Program-made: the position numbers and the translations under genes
Origin: Methanomassiliicoccales archaeon
GTDB taxonomy: Archaea; Thermoplasmatota; Thermoplasmata; RBG-16-68-12; SOIM01
Direction of reading: 5' to 3'
NCBI GenBank assembly: GCA_004377185.1
Contig: SOIM01000058.1
Coordinates: 247 to 64,246 of the forward strand
DNA: 64,000 bases
Part shown: piece after piece, positions 37,004 to 47,267 of the stretch
Layout of the letters: the number at the start of each line of letters is the position of its first letter
Position numbering within the stretch: the first letter of the stretch is position 1
Notes under the pieces: model-generated
Database searches by the model: none
What the model was told of the DNA's origin: nothing
The model's input: only the letters and a program-made list of their open reading frames with translations

Positions 37004-39066
37004 TACCTACCACCCCCCACCTTGACAAGGATGTTTCCATATGCGTCCACCTCTCCCGTTGAATCTGGAATGAGGACTGACGTGGACATTCTCTCTTCCA
37101 CGATGCACGGACCTTTCAACACATTGCCGTACCTGAGCTTGGACCTGTCGTAGATGTTGGTGCTCCTGAAGCCAGTCTCGTCGAAGAAGACCTTTTTCTT
37201 TCCTTTCAGTGCTTGTTTAGCATCCTTTGTCGATTTCTTCATCTTGGGCATCTTCAGTTTAGGGGATTTACCAACGGCTCTGACCCTGATGTTGACTATC
37301 TCGATCTCTTCATCCGGCGAACTGTATTGGTAGACTTCCTGGTGCAGTTTGCTGAAATCATTCATCACTTTCTTCATTTCTTTGGTGGTCATTCTCTCGC
37401 TTCTCTTGACGGGGATGTTCAGCTCATAGGACTGGCCTTGGTACCTCATATCCGCTGTCCAGAGGATCTTGGATTGCTTTTCGCCCACCCCTTCGGCTTT
37501 CAACTGCCTCCTGGCCTTTCTTTCCATCTTGAGGAATTCCCGTGCGAGCCTCTTGGGATCGAGGTCTGCCACAGATTGTTTGAAGGTTCTCCAGTAATCG
37601 TGCCTCGTGTCAGATATCAGCAGACCGAAGGCGGAGAAGTTACCAGGAAGCATGGGTATGACAACCCTCGGGATTCCGATCTCCCTCGCGAGCTGAACTG
37701 CATGAAGAGGTCCAGCACCACCAAAAGCCACCAGCCCGAAGTCCCTCACATCATGACCTTTCTCTGTGGAACTGACGCTGATTCCCTTGACCATGTTGGC
37801 ATTTACGACCCTGATCATCCCGCTTGCAGACTCTTCAACGCTCCATCCGAGCTCCTTTGAGATGTGTTCATTGATCGCTTTCTCTGCCAGTTTATGGTCA
37901 AGGTTCATCCCTCCTCCCAGGAAATACTCCGGATTCAGTCTCCCGAGGACAAGGTTTGCATCAGTGACTGTGGGTTTTGTACCGCCCAGAGAATAGCAGG
38001 CTGGACCCGGATCGGAACCAGCGCTTTGAGGACCCACATTGAGAATACCACCGACATCGAGCCAGGCGATACTTCCACCCCCTGCTCCAATGCCTCCGAC
38101 ATCTACGACGGGTATCTTCACGGGAAAGCCTTCGAATTTGCCTTCGGTCGAGATTGTGGGTTCTCCTCGCTCAATCAAACATATGTCGAAGCTTGTCCCT
38201 CCCATATCAACTGACAGGGCATCTGGATTCTTCGTGTGCTCTGCTATGTAGGACCCGGAGATCGCTCCGCCAGCAGGGCCTGAGTTCACGATACTGACCG
38301 CCATCCCGATTGCGGATTCGGGCGTCATCATGCCTCCACCGACCTGCATTATGCGGAGGTCCACCTTTCCGTACTTCTTGTTCAGCTTCTTATGCAGTGT
38401 TTGGAGATATCTGTCCAGGATCGGCTGGAGGTAGGCGTTTATGACCGTCGTTGAACTCCTCTCATACTCCCTGAACTCGGGACTGACCTCTGAGGATAGT
38501 GATACATAGGCCTTGGGATGGATTTCGTTGATCACCTTGGCGATTCTCTTCTCATGCTTTGGATTGAGGAATGAGAACAGAAGGGATACTGCAATGGATT
38601 CCACTTTCTCTCTCTTGAAGAATTTGACGACCTTCTGAACAGCCTCCTCGTCCAGGGGTCTGATGACCTTACCGTTTCGGTCCACTCTTTCCGGGACGCC
38701 CTTTCTCCATCTTCTCGGGACCAAAGGTTCCGGATTGCGAGCATAGAAATCGTACAGACCTTCCTTTGGTCTTTGGAACCTTCCTATCTCAAGGACATCA
38801 ACAAAACCATCAGTTGTGATCAAACCGGTTCTTGCACCTTTTCTCTGAATGAGAGCGTTGGTACCGATGGTTGTTCCGTGAACCACGTAATCCACGTCTT
38901 TCATCGTGGCTCCGCCCATCTTCAGGACTCTTCCGATTCCCTTCATGACGCCCACGGACAGGTTCTTTGGAGTTGTGAGAACCTTCTCGTAAGTGGTCTC
39001 TCCAGTCTTATCATCAATCAATACGAAATCTGTGAACGTTCCTCCGACATCGATGCCCAGTCTCAT
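37003..39066 (-). CDS. Hydantoinase A / oxoprolinase family protein (HyuA-like).
   Basis: LGIDVGGTFTDFVLID actin-like ATPase N-terminus. Start placed at internal MRLGIDVGG. Confidence 0.85.
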   Translation of the reverse strand: MRLGIDVGGTFTDFVLIDDKTGETTYEKVLTTPKNLSVGVMKGIGRVLKMGGATMKDVDYVVHGTTIGTNALIQRKGARTGLITTDGFVDVLEIGRFQRPKEGLYDFYARNPEPLVPRRWRKGVPERVDRNGKVIRPLDEEAVQKVVKFFKREKVESIAVSLLFSFLNPKHEKRIAKVINEIHPKAYVSLSSEVSPEFREYERSSTTVINAYLQPILDRYLQTLHKKLNKKYGKVDLRIMQVGGGMMTPESAIGMAVSIVNSGPAGGAISGSYIAEHTKNPDALSVDMGGTSFDICLIERGEPTISTEGKFEGFPVKIPVVDVGGIGAGGGSIAWLDVGGILNVGPQSAGSDPGPACYSLGGTKPTVTDANLVLGRLNPEYFLGGGMNLDHKLAEKAINEHISKELGWSVEESASGMIRVVNANMVKGISVSSTEKGHDVRDFGLVAFGGAGPLHAVQLAREIGIPRVVIPMLPGNFSAFGLLISDTRHDYWRTFKQSVADLDPKRLAREFLKMERKARRQLKAEGVGEKQSKILWTADMRYQGQSYELNIPVKRSERMTTKEMKKVMNDFSKLHQEVYQYSSPDEEIEIVNIRVRAVGKSPKLKMPKMKKSTKDAKQALKGKKKVFFDETGFRSTNIYDRSKLRYGNVLKGPCIVEERMSTSVLIPDSTGEVDAYGNILVKVGGGR

Positions 39067-39162
39067 CTCTTTCCTCCCCTTCAGCAAAGCAATTCCAGAG
39101 ATTGGTTGAGAAAAGGAAAAACGGTATTTGTAGTTATCCGAGTGAAGAAAGACAGTAAAGCG

Positions 39163-42075
39163 TTAGTCTGAAGAATGTTCCGTGGTCTCGGGAGGTTCCA
39201 CACCTTCAGGTCTTTGTCTTCTTCTCAGTAAGAAGTAGAGTACCGAAAGTACGATAGCCAAAGAGACAACTGCTGCGACAACCGCCAACCACAGCCAATC
39301 TTCCTCAGGCTCTATTGGAGGAGGTGGGACAGGATTGTCAACAACTACTGATATGCTAACTTCAATCGAATAGTCCTCCCCATCATATGAACGGACATGT
39401 ACAGTATGATCCCCATTAGAGACAGTTGTTGTGTTCCATTCGTAACTCCATGATGTGGTGCCTGTCACTTCAATCCAAGAAGTACTGTCTATCCTAATCT
39501 CAACTTTCTCAACCGTCCCATCAATATCAGAAGCAGTGCCGTTCACGGTGATTGTGCCTGAAATCGCAGCTCCGTTAATTGGATCTGTAACGTTGCAGGT
39601 TGGGGGTTGGTTCTCAGGAGTTGCATTCGCCTCATTTGATCTTAGGCCTTCACCGAGCATATTGGTTGCGGTAACCTCATAATAGTACGTCTGGCCGTTT
39701 GTCAAACCAGTGTCCGTATGGGTGAGGACCTTGCCAATCTGCACAAGAAAAGCCTCCTCGCCCGATGCATCCCCTCGATATATTGTGTAATTCGTTATCG
39801 AGCGACCTCCGTTTTCCGAAGGTTGATCCCACGCAAGCGTTACTTCTCCGTTCCCAGGTGTTGCCTCAAGATTCCGTGGTTCTGATGGAGATGATGGGAA
39901 AGCAGGAACCACAAGAGGATACCAGTCCTTGTTCAATCCTCCCGGTATGTCATAGGGTACATCGCCTATTCCATCACTACCTGTCTGATCCTGATCTGGG
40001 CCGCTGTAGATGTCAGCGACAATGTAGTAAGCCCAGAAGTTACCACCCCATGGATAGCTGGTATTCCAGAAGTTGATGCCACTGTCAAAGGCGTGAGTTG
40101 TACTATCGCCAAAGATGTTATGATAAATGGTATTGAGCGCAGAGTGGCTGAGGGAAATGCCAATTTCATTGTTATCGAACGTATTATTCACAACAACATT
40201 CTCATGACAATCCCAGAGGTAGGCTCCATATTCATGATTCCAAATGACGGTATTGTTGCTGATGATAGTTCTCTTTGAATGGTTGAGAAGTATCCCGTTC
40301 AGTTTGTTCGACCTCACCGTGTTGTTTGCAATCAGGTTGTCAGAATTGCCGGTGGAATAGAAGTGAATGCCGTTCTCCTCGTTCGAGGCCAAGAAATTGC
40401 CAGTTATCGTATTATTCTGGTTCCATGAACTGAGTCTTATGCCATCGCGGCTATTCCCGTTCAGGCTGTTGTTCAAAATCGCGTTGCCATCAGAATATGA
40501 AAGGTATACCCCGTAAGAGTTGTCCGAGACTCTGTTGTCAACTACGATGTTGTTTTCGGAGAAGTAGAGAAATACGCCTCTGCTGTTCGAGTATGCAGTG
40601 TTCGTGTAAATGTTGCTGCGATTGGAACGATATAGGTGTATTCCGCTTCCTTTGCTCAAGTTGGCAGTGTTGTTGGCTATTTGAATGTTTGATGAGAAAC
40701 CAGCAGTAATCCCAGTATTGCCATTGCTGACATTCTGGTTCTCTATGACCACGCCTGAACAATTCGCAAGTATCACTTGCCCGGCACCAGATGGAACAGT
40801 TCCACCAGTGACATTCTTCCAATAGTAGAGAGGTTTGCTATTGACGGTGTTTGAAGTGTCGATGATATGGGTGTTCCAGTATTCAAGAGAGTCACCAGAC
40901 AGAGTAACCCCATTCTCCACCATTTGATTTTCAGTAAGTTTGTTCCTAACAGAACGTGCGCTGGCAATCCCCGTCCCGTTATTAAAGGACGCAGTGTTGC
41001 CAGTCAGGGTATTGTCGTTGGCGATCTCAAGGTAAAACCCATCCCAATTGTTGAAGGACGCATTGTTGTCAACAAACATGTTGTTGTTGGAGTCATCGAG
41101 CTCGAAGCCGTCCCCGTTGAGGACCACAGTGTTATTGAAAACATAGTTCTCATGGGATTGCACAAACCATATACCCCAGAGTATGTTTGATGCCACCGTA
41201 TTGTTCGCAATGTAGTTCTTTGACGAGAAGGCGATTTCCATCCCCGTGGTACTGTTGTCGATGTTCTGGTTCTCCACAACCACACCAGTGCAATTAGCCA
41301 AAATCACGTGACCAGCATCTGCAGGGACAGTTCCGCCGACAGCATTCTTGAGATATCGTACGGGCTTCCCGCTCACTGTGTTAGAAGCGTCGATTGTATG
41401 TGAGCTCCAGTGCTCCACGTCTTGACCATACATATAGAGTCCATTTCCGATCATCACATTGCCGGTAAGAGTATTGTTATAGGAACGAATGAGAGATATC
41501 CCATCATAGAAGTTCCAAGAGATGGTGTTGCCTGCGATAACGTTATCATTGGATTGATGGATGGTAATACCGCTTTCATTGTTCGAAATCACACTATTGT
41601 TGATGATAGTGTTGTTATGTGATTGATAGAGACTGATTCCCACAAGGTAGTAGGAAATGGTGTTATTGGTGATGGAACAGTTCTCCACATTCATCAATGA
41701 CATTGCAGGTGCAAAATCGTCATTCTTCGTCAGGGTGAATCCCGTGACGTTGACCCAATCGGTCTGCACTTCTATCCCACCCCAGTCGTAATTGCCACCG
41801 ATAATAGTCGTGTCTTTGTTCTCGCCAACAAGGCTAATGGGAGTTCTTATCCTTACAAATTCATTGTATGTCCCGTTGTACACGAAAACAGTATCACCAG
41901 GATTCGCATCATCCACTGCTCCCTGTATCGTCGTATAGTTTCCAGGACCACCTCCGCCAACGAAAAGAGTGACTGCTCTCGCATTCTCTGGCAGGACTGA
42001 CAAGATTGCACAGAAGCCACCTGCTACGACAAAAAAGGACACGATCAGACTCGCTTTTCCCCTCTTCATGCCCAA
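39163..42075 (-). CDS. NosD-like parallel beta-helix surface protein with FN3 and Ig-like domains and a C-terminal TM anchor (paralog 2).
   Basis: Signal peptide and the VTLFVGGGGPGNYTTIQGAVDDANPGDTVFVYNGTY module, followed by more than 25 beta-helix repeats and YPWGGNFW...GPDQDQTGSDGIGDVPY. The C-terminus has FN3, an Ig-like domain and EEDWLWLAVVAAVVSLAIVLSVLYFLLRRRQR. Confidence 0.8.
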   Translation of the reverse strand: MGMKRGKASLIVSFFVVAGGFCAILSVLPENARAVTLFVGGGGPGNYTTIQGAVDDANPGDTVFVYNGTYNEFVRIRTPISLVGENKDTTIIGGNYDWGGIEVQTDWVNVTGFTLTKNDDFAPAMSLMNVENCSITNNTISYYLVGISLYQSHNNTIINNSVISNNESGITIHQSNDNVIAGNTISWNFYDGISLIRSYNNTLTGNVMIGNGLYMYGQDVEHWSSHTIDASNTVSGKPVRYLKNAVGGTVPADAGHVILANCTGVVVENQNIDNSTTGMEIAFSSKNYIANNTVASNILWGIWFVQSHENYVFNNTVVLNGDGFELDDSNNNMFVDNNASFNNWDGFYLEIANDNTLTGNTASFNNGTGIASARSVRNKLTENQMVENGVTLSGDSLEYWNTHIIDTSNTVNSKPLYYWKNVTGGTVPSGAGQVILANCSGVVIENQNVSNGNTGITAGFSSNIQIANNTANLSKGSGIHLYRSNRSNIYTNTAYSNSRGVFLYFSENNIVVDNRVSDNSYGVYLSYSDGNAILNNSLNGNSRDGIRLSSWNQNNTITGNFLASNEENGIHFYSTGNSDNLIANNTVRSNKLNGILLNHSKRTIISNNTVIWNHEYGAYLWDCHENVVVNNTFDNNEIGISLSHSALNTIYHNIFGDSTTHAFDSGINFWNTSYPWGGNFWAYYIVADIYSGPDQDQTGSDGIGDVPYDIPGGLNKDWYPLVVPAFPSSPSEPRNLEATPGNGEVTLAWDQPSENGGRSITNYTIYRGDASGEEAFLVQIGKVLTHTDTGLTNGQTYYYEVTATNMLGEGLRSNEANATPENQPPTCNVTDPINGAAISGTITVNGTASDIDGTVEKVEIRIDSTSWIEVTGTTSWSYEWNTTTVSNGDHTVHVRSYDGEDYSIEVSISVVVDNPVPPPPIEPEEDWLWLAVVAAVVSLAIVLSVLYFLLRRRQRPEGVEPPETTEHSSD

Positions 42076-42317
42076 GCATCCTCAGAAGTAAAGCTATGTT
42101 GGCTTTGATAATGTTTTTGGTACACGTCTTTGTAAGTCTCGAAAAAACCCGTATATGAGACACGCTCCGAATCGTATCTCCAGAGACCAGATATCCATCG
42201 CAACAACCATTTTATACTCAGTTCAGGATTTCGCAGACGTCGGTCAAAGGGGAGAGGAGGTCTGAAGAACCAGTCCGTTTTGGAAGGCCCTCCCTAAGAG
42301 GTCAAAGGGGCTTCACC

Positions 42318-43457
42318 ATGGACTTCGAATTCGATGAGGAACATGAGCTTTTACGCAAGAGCCTAGAGAAATTCGTCGAGAAGGAGGTCGTTCCCGTGGC
42401 TCAGGAACTGGATGAGAGGGGTAAATTTCCCAGAGAGCTGTTCAGGAAGGCAGGGGAGTTGGGCTTCTTCGGCATAAAGTATCCCAAGAAATATGGCGGT
42501 TCCGAAGGCGACAACATCATGTTCTGCATCCTTTGCGAGGAGCTGGCGAAAGGTTCACTCAGCTTTGGTGCTGGGGTCATGATGCAGTCCCTGCAGAGCA
42601 TCCATTTCCCCTACAAGTATGGTAGCGAGGAGCAGAGGCAGGAAATCGTCGTGCCCGCCATTAAAGGAGAGAAACTTGGTGCCTTCGCCCTAACCGAGCC
42701 GGACGCTGGTACGGATCTAGGATCCTTAAGGACCACAGCGGACAAGGACGGTGACGAGTACGTTCTGAACGGTACGAAGGCGTGGACCACCAACGCCCAG
42801 GTCGCGGATTTCTTCACCGTCTTGGCTGTCACGGACAAGGAAAAGAAACTGAAAGGCGTGGATTTCTTCTTGGTTGAAAGGGACAATCCCGGCCTGACGG
42901 TGGGCAAGGATGTGCAGAAACTTGGACTGAGGGGGACCGAGACAGCAGAGCTGATTCTCGAAGACTGCCGCATACCTAAAGAGAACCTACTTGGAGAGGA
43001 AGGGACAGGTTATGATTCTCTCATGGATATCCTCGCAGAGATACGCATAATGACTGGGGCACTAGCTGTCGGGCTTGCTCGCTCCGCACTAGATATGGGA
43101 GTGAGATACGCCAATGAGCGCGTACAGTTCGGAAGACCTATCGGAAAGTTCCAAGCGATAAGGATGAAATTGGCGGATGTTGCCACTGAACTGGAGGCTG
43201 CAAAGCTTCTCGTATACTACTCGGCCTGGTTGCTGGACAAGGGAAAGGAATGCGGGAAAGAGGCGGCCATGGCAAAGCTTTTCGCGACCGAGATGGCTGT
43301 CAAAGCAACGGACGAAGCTTCCAGGGTGTTCGCAAGCTATGGCTTCTCAATGGAATATCCCATTCAAATGCTCCTCAGGGACGCAAGATTCCTAATCATC
43401 GGAGGAGGAACATCAGAAATCCTCAAGCTCATAATCGGAAGAGAATTGGGATTGTGA
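42318..43457 (+). CDS. Acyl-CoA dehydrogenase (short/branched-chain type).
   Basis: ACAD motifs GAFALTEPDAGTDLGSL, catalytic-base region YANERVQFGRPIG, and C-terminal IGGGTSEI. Confidence 0.9.
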   Translation: MDFEFDEEHELLRKSLEKFVEKEVVPVAQELDERGKFPRELFRKAGELGFFGIKYPKKYGGSEGDNIMFCILCEELAKGSLSFGAGVMMQSLQSIHFPYKYGSEEQRQEIVVPAIKGEKLGAFALTEPDAGTDLGSLRTTADKDGDEYVLNGTKAWTTNAQVADFFTVLAVTDKEKKLKGVDFFLVERDNPGLTVGKDVQKLGLRGTETAELILEDCRIPKENLLGEEGTGYDSLMDILAEIRIMTGALAVGLARSALDMGVRYANERVQFGRPIGKFQAIRMKLADVATELEAAKLLVYYSAWLLDKGKECGKEAAMAKLFATEMAVKATDEASRVFASYGFSMEYPIQMLLRDARFLIIGGGTSEILKLIIGRELGL

Positions 43458-43461
43458 TCAC

Positions 43462-43923
43462 ATGGCCTACAAATTCAAAGGCAAGAAGTTCGAAGAGTTC
43501 GAGATAGGGCAGGAGTTCACGACAGCCGCCAGGACGATTACCGAGGGAGATGTTTCCACGTTCGCAGGTTTGTCGGGTGACTTCAACCCACTGCATACGG
43601 ACGAGGAATACGGAAAGAGAACCCCCTTCGGAGGGAGGATCGCCCACGGATTGCTGGCTGTTGCGGTCTCTACCGGGCAAGCGAATCAGTTGGGGATCTT
43701 CGAGGGCACGACAATAGCTCTGCTGAGCATGAGCTTCAAGTATACCGGTGCAGCGAAATTCGGTGATACCATTCATACCGTTCTCAAGGTTGCCGAGAAG
43801 AAGGAGACGAGTTCGCCAGATAGAGGGATAGTGACCTTTGATGTGACCACTCTCAATCAGAGAAATGAATCCATCGTTGAGGGTCAATGGGTTGTTATGC
43901 TTCAAAGGGAGGAGGGTTCATGA
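43462..43923 (+). CDS. MaoC-like (R)-specific enoyl-CoA hydratase (hot-dog fold).
   Basis: TEGDVSTFAGLSGDFNPLHTDEEY...RIAHGLL motif. Confidence 0.85.
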   Translation: MAYKFKGKKFEEFEIGQEFTTAARTITEGDVSTFAGLSGDFNPLHTDEEYGKRTPFGGRIAHGLLAVAVSTGQANQLGIFEGTTIALLSMSFKYTGAAKFGDTIHTVLKVAEKKETSSPDRGIVTFDVTTLNQRNESIVEGQWVVMLQREEGS

Positions 43924-44663
43924 GACTGAAGGAAAGAGTTGCGATAGTCACTGGAGGGGGAAGTGGCATAGGAGAAGCCACCGTTCTGCGATTTGTCGAG
44001 GAAGGGGCCAAAGTGGCGATAGTCGATGTTGTCCTGGAAGGGGCGAACAGAGTTGCTGAAGCTGCGAAGGAGAAAGGCGGAGAGGTGCTCGTACAGCAGA
44101 CAAACATATGCAAGAAGGATGAAGTGGACAAGATGGTGGCTGCCACACTGGATCAGTTCGGTAAACTGGATATTCTGATCAACAACGCGGGAATAAACCG
44201 GGACGCGATTGCAAAGAAAATGACGGAAGAGCAGTGGGATCAGGTGATGGACGTTAACCTAAAAGGGACGTTCTTATGCTCACAAGCTGCTTCGATTCCC
44301 ATGATGGAACAGAACTACGGAAGGATAGTGAACACCGCTTCCATCGGTGCTTTGGGAAACATCGGTCAGGCGAACTATGCAGCATCGAAAGCAGGAGTGA
44401 TGGGGCTTACAAAGACTCTCGCACTTGAGCTGGCAAGGTACAACATCACCGTGAATTGTGTCTCACCAGGAGCAACAAAGACGCCGATGACTGCCAAGAT
44501 GCCTCCAGAATTCGCAGAGAAGCTCACCAAGAAGATACCTTTGAGAAGATTTGCGGAAGCAATAGAGCTGGCCAATGCGCACCTGTTCTTTGCAAGCGAA
44601 GAGTCGAGCTACGTAACGGGGCAGATAGTGTTCGTGGACGGAGGTATAAGCTTAGGGTTCTGA
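43920..44663 (+). CDS. SDR family 3-oxoacyl-(ACP/CoA) reductase (FabG-like).
   Basis: TGGGSGIGEA, NNAG and Y..ASKAG motifs. ATG at 43920 overlaps the MaoC stop (ATGA). Confidence 0.85.
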   Translation: MRLKERVAIVTGGGSGIGEATVLRFVEEGAKVAIVDVVLEGANRVAEAAKEKGGEVLVQQTNICKKDEVDKMVAATLDQFGKLDILINNAGINRDAIAKKMTEEQWDQVMDVNLKGTFLCSQAASIPMMEQNYGRIVNTASIGALGNIGQANYAASKAGVMGLTKTLALELARYNITVNCVSPGATKTPMTAKMPPEFAEKLTKKIPLRRFAEAIELANAHLFFASEESSYVTGQIVFVDGGISLGF

Positions 44664-44675
44664 AGAGGAAATATC

Positions 44676-46082
44676 ATGGTCGGAATAGTCTCGTACGGAG
44701 TGTATCTCCCCAGCTACCAGATGCCTGCTGAAGTACTGCAGAAAGCATGGGGAAAGCCCGCTGGAAAGGGCACCAAGGTGATATCGTCCTACGATGAGGA
44801 CAGTTTGACGATGGCCGTGGCAGCATCCTTGAAATGCCTTGCCGATGTTGACCTCCAGAAGGTGGATGCACTCTATTTCGCATCTACCACGCCTCCCTAT
44901 GGAGAGAAGATGAATGCGAGCGTTGTTGCGACCGCTTTGGACCTCGGCAGACACGCATTCACGATGGACATCGGTTCTTCCTTGCGCTCTGGTTCGAACG
45001 CACTGAAGGTTGCGCTGGATGCCGTCCCTTCGGGATCGAGTAACATATTGATTGTGGCCTCGGATTGCAGGCTTGCGGAACCTGGAACATATCTCGAACC
45101 GTTCTTGGGAGATGGGGCGACAGCCCTTCTGGTTGGAAAGGACAACACGATCGCGGAGATAACAGCACATCACTCCGTCTTCGATGGTTATCCAGACGTT
45201 TGGAGAAAGCAGGATGAGAGATTCCTCCGACACGATGATGTTCGATATTCCAGGAGCGAGGACTATGCCAGGAACATGAAGGAGGCCGTGGAAGGTCTCT
45301 TCGTTGAAGGAGGTTTCAAACCCGGGGACTTCTCGAAAGCGGTTCTCTTCTCACCAGATCCTAGGAGCCACGGCATATTGGCAAAGAGTCTGGGTCTTAC
45401 GCCCGAGCAGGTTCAGGATCCATTACTGGACAGGACAGGAATAATCGGTTCCGGTCACGGTCTGATGATGCTGTCTGCAACACTGGACCAAGCAAAACCT
45501 GACGATTTGATATTGTTCGCGAACTACGGGGACGGTGCGGATGCGTTTGCGTTGAAGGTCACGGATGCCATTGAGAACAAGGGATCATTGTCGGAAATCG
45601 AGAAGGAGAGAAGATCGATCAGTTCCTACACGAAGTATCTATCGTTCAGGGAACTCGTGGGCAGCCACGAACCATCAACAACGTTCTCGGCAATTCCGCT
45701 TCTGCGCAGAGAGGAGGAACTGAGCATAAGACTGCACGGAAAGAAATGCAGGGAATGCGGAACAGTAATGACTTTGGATATCCAAACGTGCCCTCACTGC
45801 AGGACGGCTGAGGAATTCGAGGATATAAAGCTCTCAAAGAAAGGAAAGATCGTGACATACAGCCAGGAGTACTACTACCCAACACCAGAACCTCCAGTTA
45901 CAATGGCCGTGGTTGATCTCGAAGGAGGGGGGAGAATCCTTGCTCAAATGACGGATTCAACAGCGGATGAGGTCAAGGTTGATATGCCAGTGGAGATGAC
46001 GTTCAGGAAACTCCATGAAGGAGGAGGGTTCATAAACTACTCCTGGAAGTGCCGTCCCGTCCGCGAAGGGGGGAGCGGATGA
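44676..46082 (+). CDS. Fusion protein of an HMG-CoA-synthase-like condensing-enzyme domain (N, ~340 aa) and a DUF35 Zn-ribbon/OB-fold domain (C, ~120 aa).
   Basis: N-terminal VGIVSYGVYLPSYQMPAEVLQKAWGK matches the archaeal HMGCS N-terminus. The C-terminus has CRECGTVMTLDIQTCPHCRT plus an OB-fold (KIVTYSQ...MAVVDLEGGGRILAQMTD). The expected ACY Cys motif is not evident (region reads DIGSSLRSGSNAL). Confidence 0.75.
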   Translation: MVGIVSYGVYLPSYQMPAEVLQKAWGKPAGKGTKVISSYDEDSLTMAVAASLKCLADVDLQKVDALYFASTTPPYGEKMNASVVATALDLGRHAFTMDIGSSLRSGSNALKVALDAVPSGSSNILIVASDCRLAEPGTYLEPFLGDGATALLVGKDNTIAEITAHHSVFDGYPDVWRKQDERFLRHDDVRYSRSEDYARNMKEAVEGLFVEGGFKPGDFSKAVLFSPDPRSHGILAKSLGLTPEQVQDPLLDRTGIIGSGHGLMMLSATLDQAKPDDLILFANYGDGADAFALKVTDAIENKGSLSEIEKERRSISSYTKYLSFRELVGSHEPSTTFSAIPLLRREEELSIRLHGKKCRECGTVMTLDIQTCPHCRTAEEFEDIKLSKKGKIVTYSQEYYYPTPEPPVTMAVVDLEGGGRILAQMTDSTADEVKVDMPVEMTFRKLHEGGGFINYSWKCRPVREGGSG

Positions 46083-47263
46083 CCTTCAAAGACAAGATCG
46101 CGATCATTGGCGCTGGCTGCACCAAGTTCGGAGAGAACTTCAGCATGAGCTACGGCGATATGGTGTACGAAGCCGCAAAGGAAGCGTTCAATGATGCTGG
46201 AGTGGAAGGAAAGGACATCGATGCCGCTTGGCTAGGTACTGCCTTTCCAGATGCTGGCGTTTACAAAGGTAGGTCTGGAATGGATCTGGCTGAGCCCCTA
46301 GGCTTGTTCGATATTCCCATAACGAGAGTTTCAAATTACTGTGCCACGGGGGGAGATGCATTTAGAAATGGGTGCAACAGCCTACTTTCGGGTGAGAGTG
46401 ATCTGGTGCTTGCTCTAGGTGCGGAGAAGCTTAGAGATAGGACACCTCAAGACAGTATCGTAAGAATGATGGTCGATACTGGCCATCCAATCTATCAGAA
46501 GGGTTTCACAGCTGCCGGGACTTTCGCTGTTGTGGGCACGAGATACATGCATGTCTATGGAGATATTACAGAACAGCTTGCGAAAATATCAGTGAAGAAC
46601 CACTACCACGGTTCGTTGAACCCCAAAGCCCACTATCAGAAACCGATAACACTGGAAAAGGCGTTGAAATCGCCCATGGTTGCATTCCCGGTCAATCTCA
46701 TGGGGAGTTGTCCGACCACGGATGGATCTGCCGCAGTTGTAATGACAAGGGCGGAGGACGCAAAGAAGTACACGGACGACCATGTTCTCCTCAAGGGATA
46801 CTCACTTTCCATCTCCACTGGGTGGGACCTTCCCTTCTACGATCCGGATTACGATTTCCTTGGTTACCGAGCTACGCAGGTGGCTGGAGAAAAAGCCTAC
46901 AAACAAGCGGGAATCGAGAACCCGTTCAAGGAGCTGGACCTGGCCGAGATGCATGATTGCTTCAACGTGGTGGAGTTCATCACCTACGAAGATTTGGGAT
47001 TATGTGACAAGGGCAAAGCGAGGGAGCTTGTGGACAGTGAGGTAACCACTTTGGGCGGAGAACTGCCGGTCAATGTGAGCGGAGGTCTGTTAAGTTGCGG
47101 ACATCCAGTTGGTGCGACAGGAGTAAGAATGCTATATGAGCTCACCAAACAACTCCAAGGAAAGGCGGAGAAAAGACAGGTGGAGAATGCAAGACTGGCA
47201 TTGGCTCACAATATCGGAGGCCCCGGTGCAGTAGCATCAATTACAATCCTCGGAGCGAGGTAG
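46079..47263 (+). CDS. SCP-x-type thiolase (thiolase partner of the DUF35/HMGCS complex).
   Basis: Catalytic Cys in SNYCATGGDAF and C-terminal GGLLSCGHPVGATG. ATG overlaps the fusion-gene stop (ATGA) and is preceded by GGGGGGAG. Confidence 0.85.
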   Translation: MTFKDKIAIIGAGCTKFGENFSMSYGDMVYEAAKEAFNDAGVEGKDIDAAWLGTAFPDAGVYKGRSGMDLAEPLGLFDIPITRVSNYCATGGDAFRNGCNSLLSGESDLVLALGAEKLRDRTPQDSIVRMMVDTGHPIYQKGFTAAGTFAVVGTRYMHVYGDITEQLAKISVKNHYHGSLNPKAHYQKPITLEKALKSPMVAFPVNLMGSCPTTDGSAAVVMTRAEDAKKYTDDHVLLKGYSLSISTGWDLPFYDPDYDFLGYRATQVAGEKAYKQAGIENPFKELDLAEMHDCFNVVEFITYEDLGLCDKGKARELVDSEVTTLGGELPVNVSGGLLSCGHPVGATGVRMLYELTKQLQGKAEKRQVENARLALAHNIGGPGAVASITILGAR

Positions 47264-47267
47264 GAAC

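Noticed and set aside
36080-37153. 357 aa plus-strand ORF.
   Set aside because: It is antisense to hyuB and hyuA and has a His/Val/Asp-rich shadow-frame composition.
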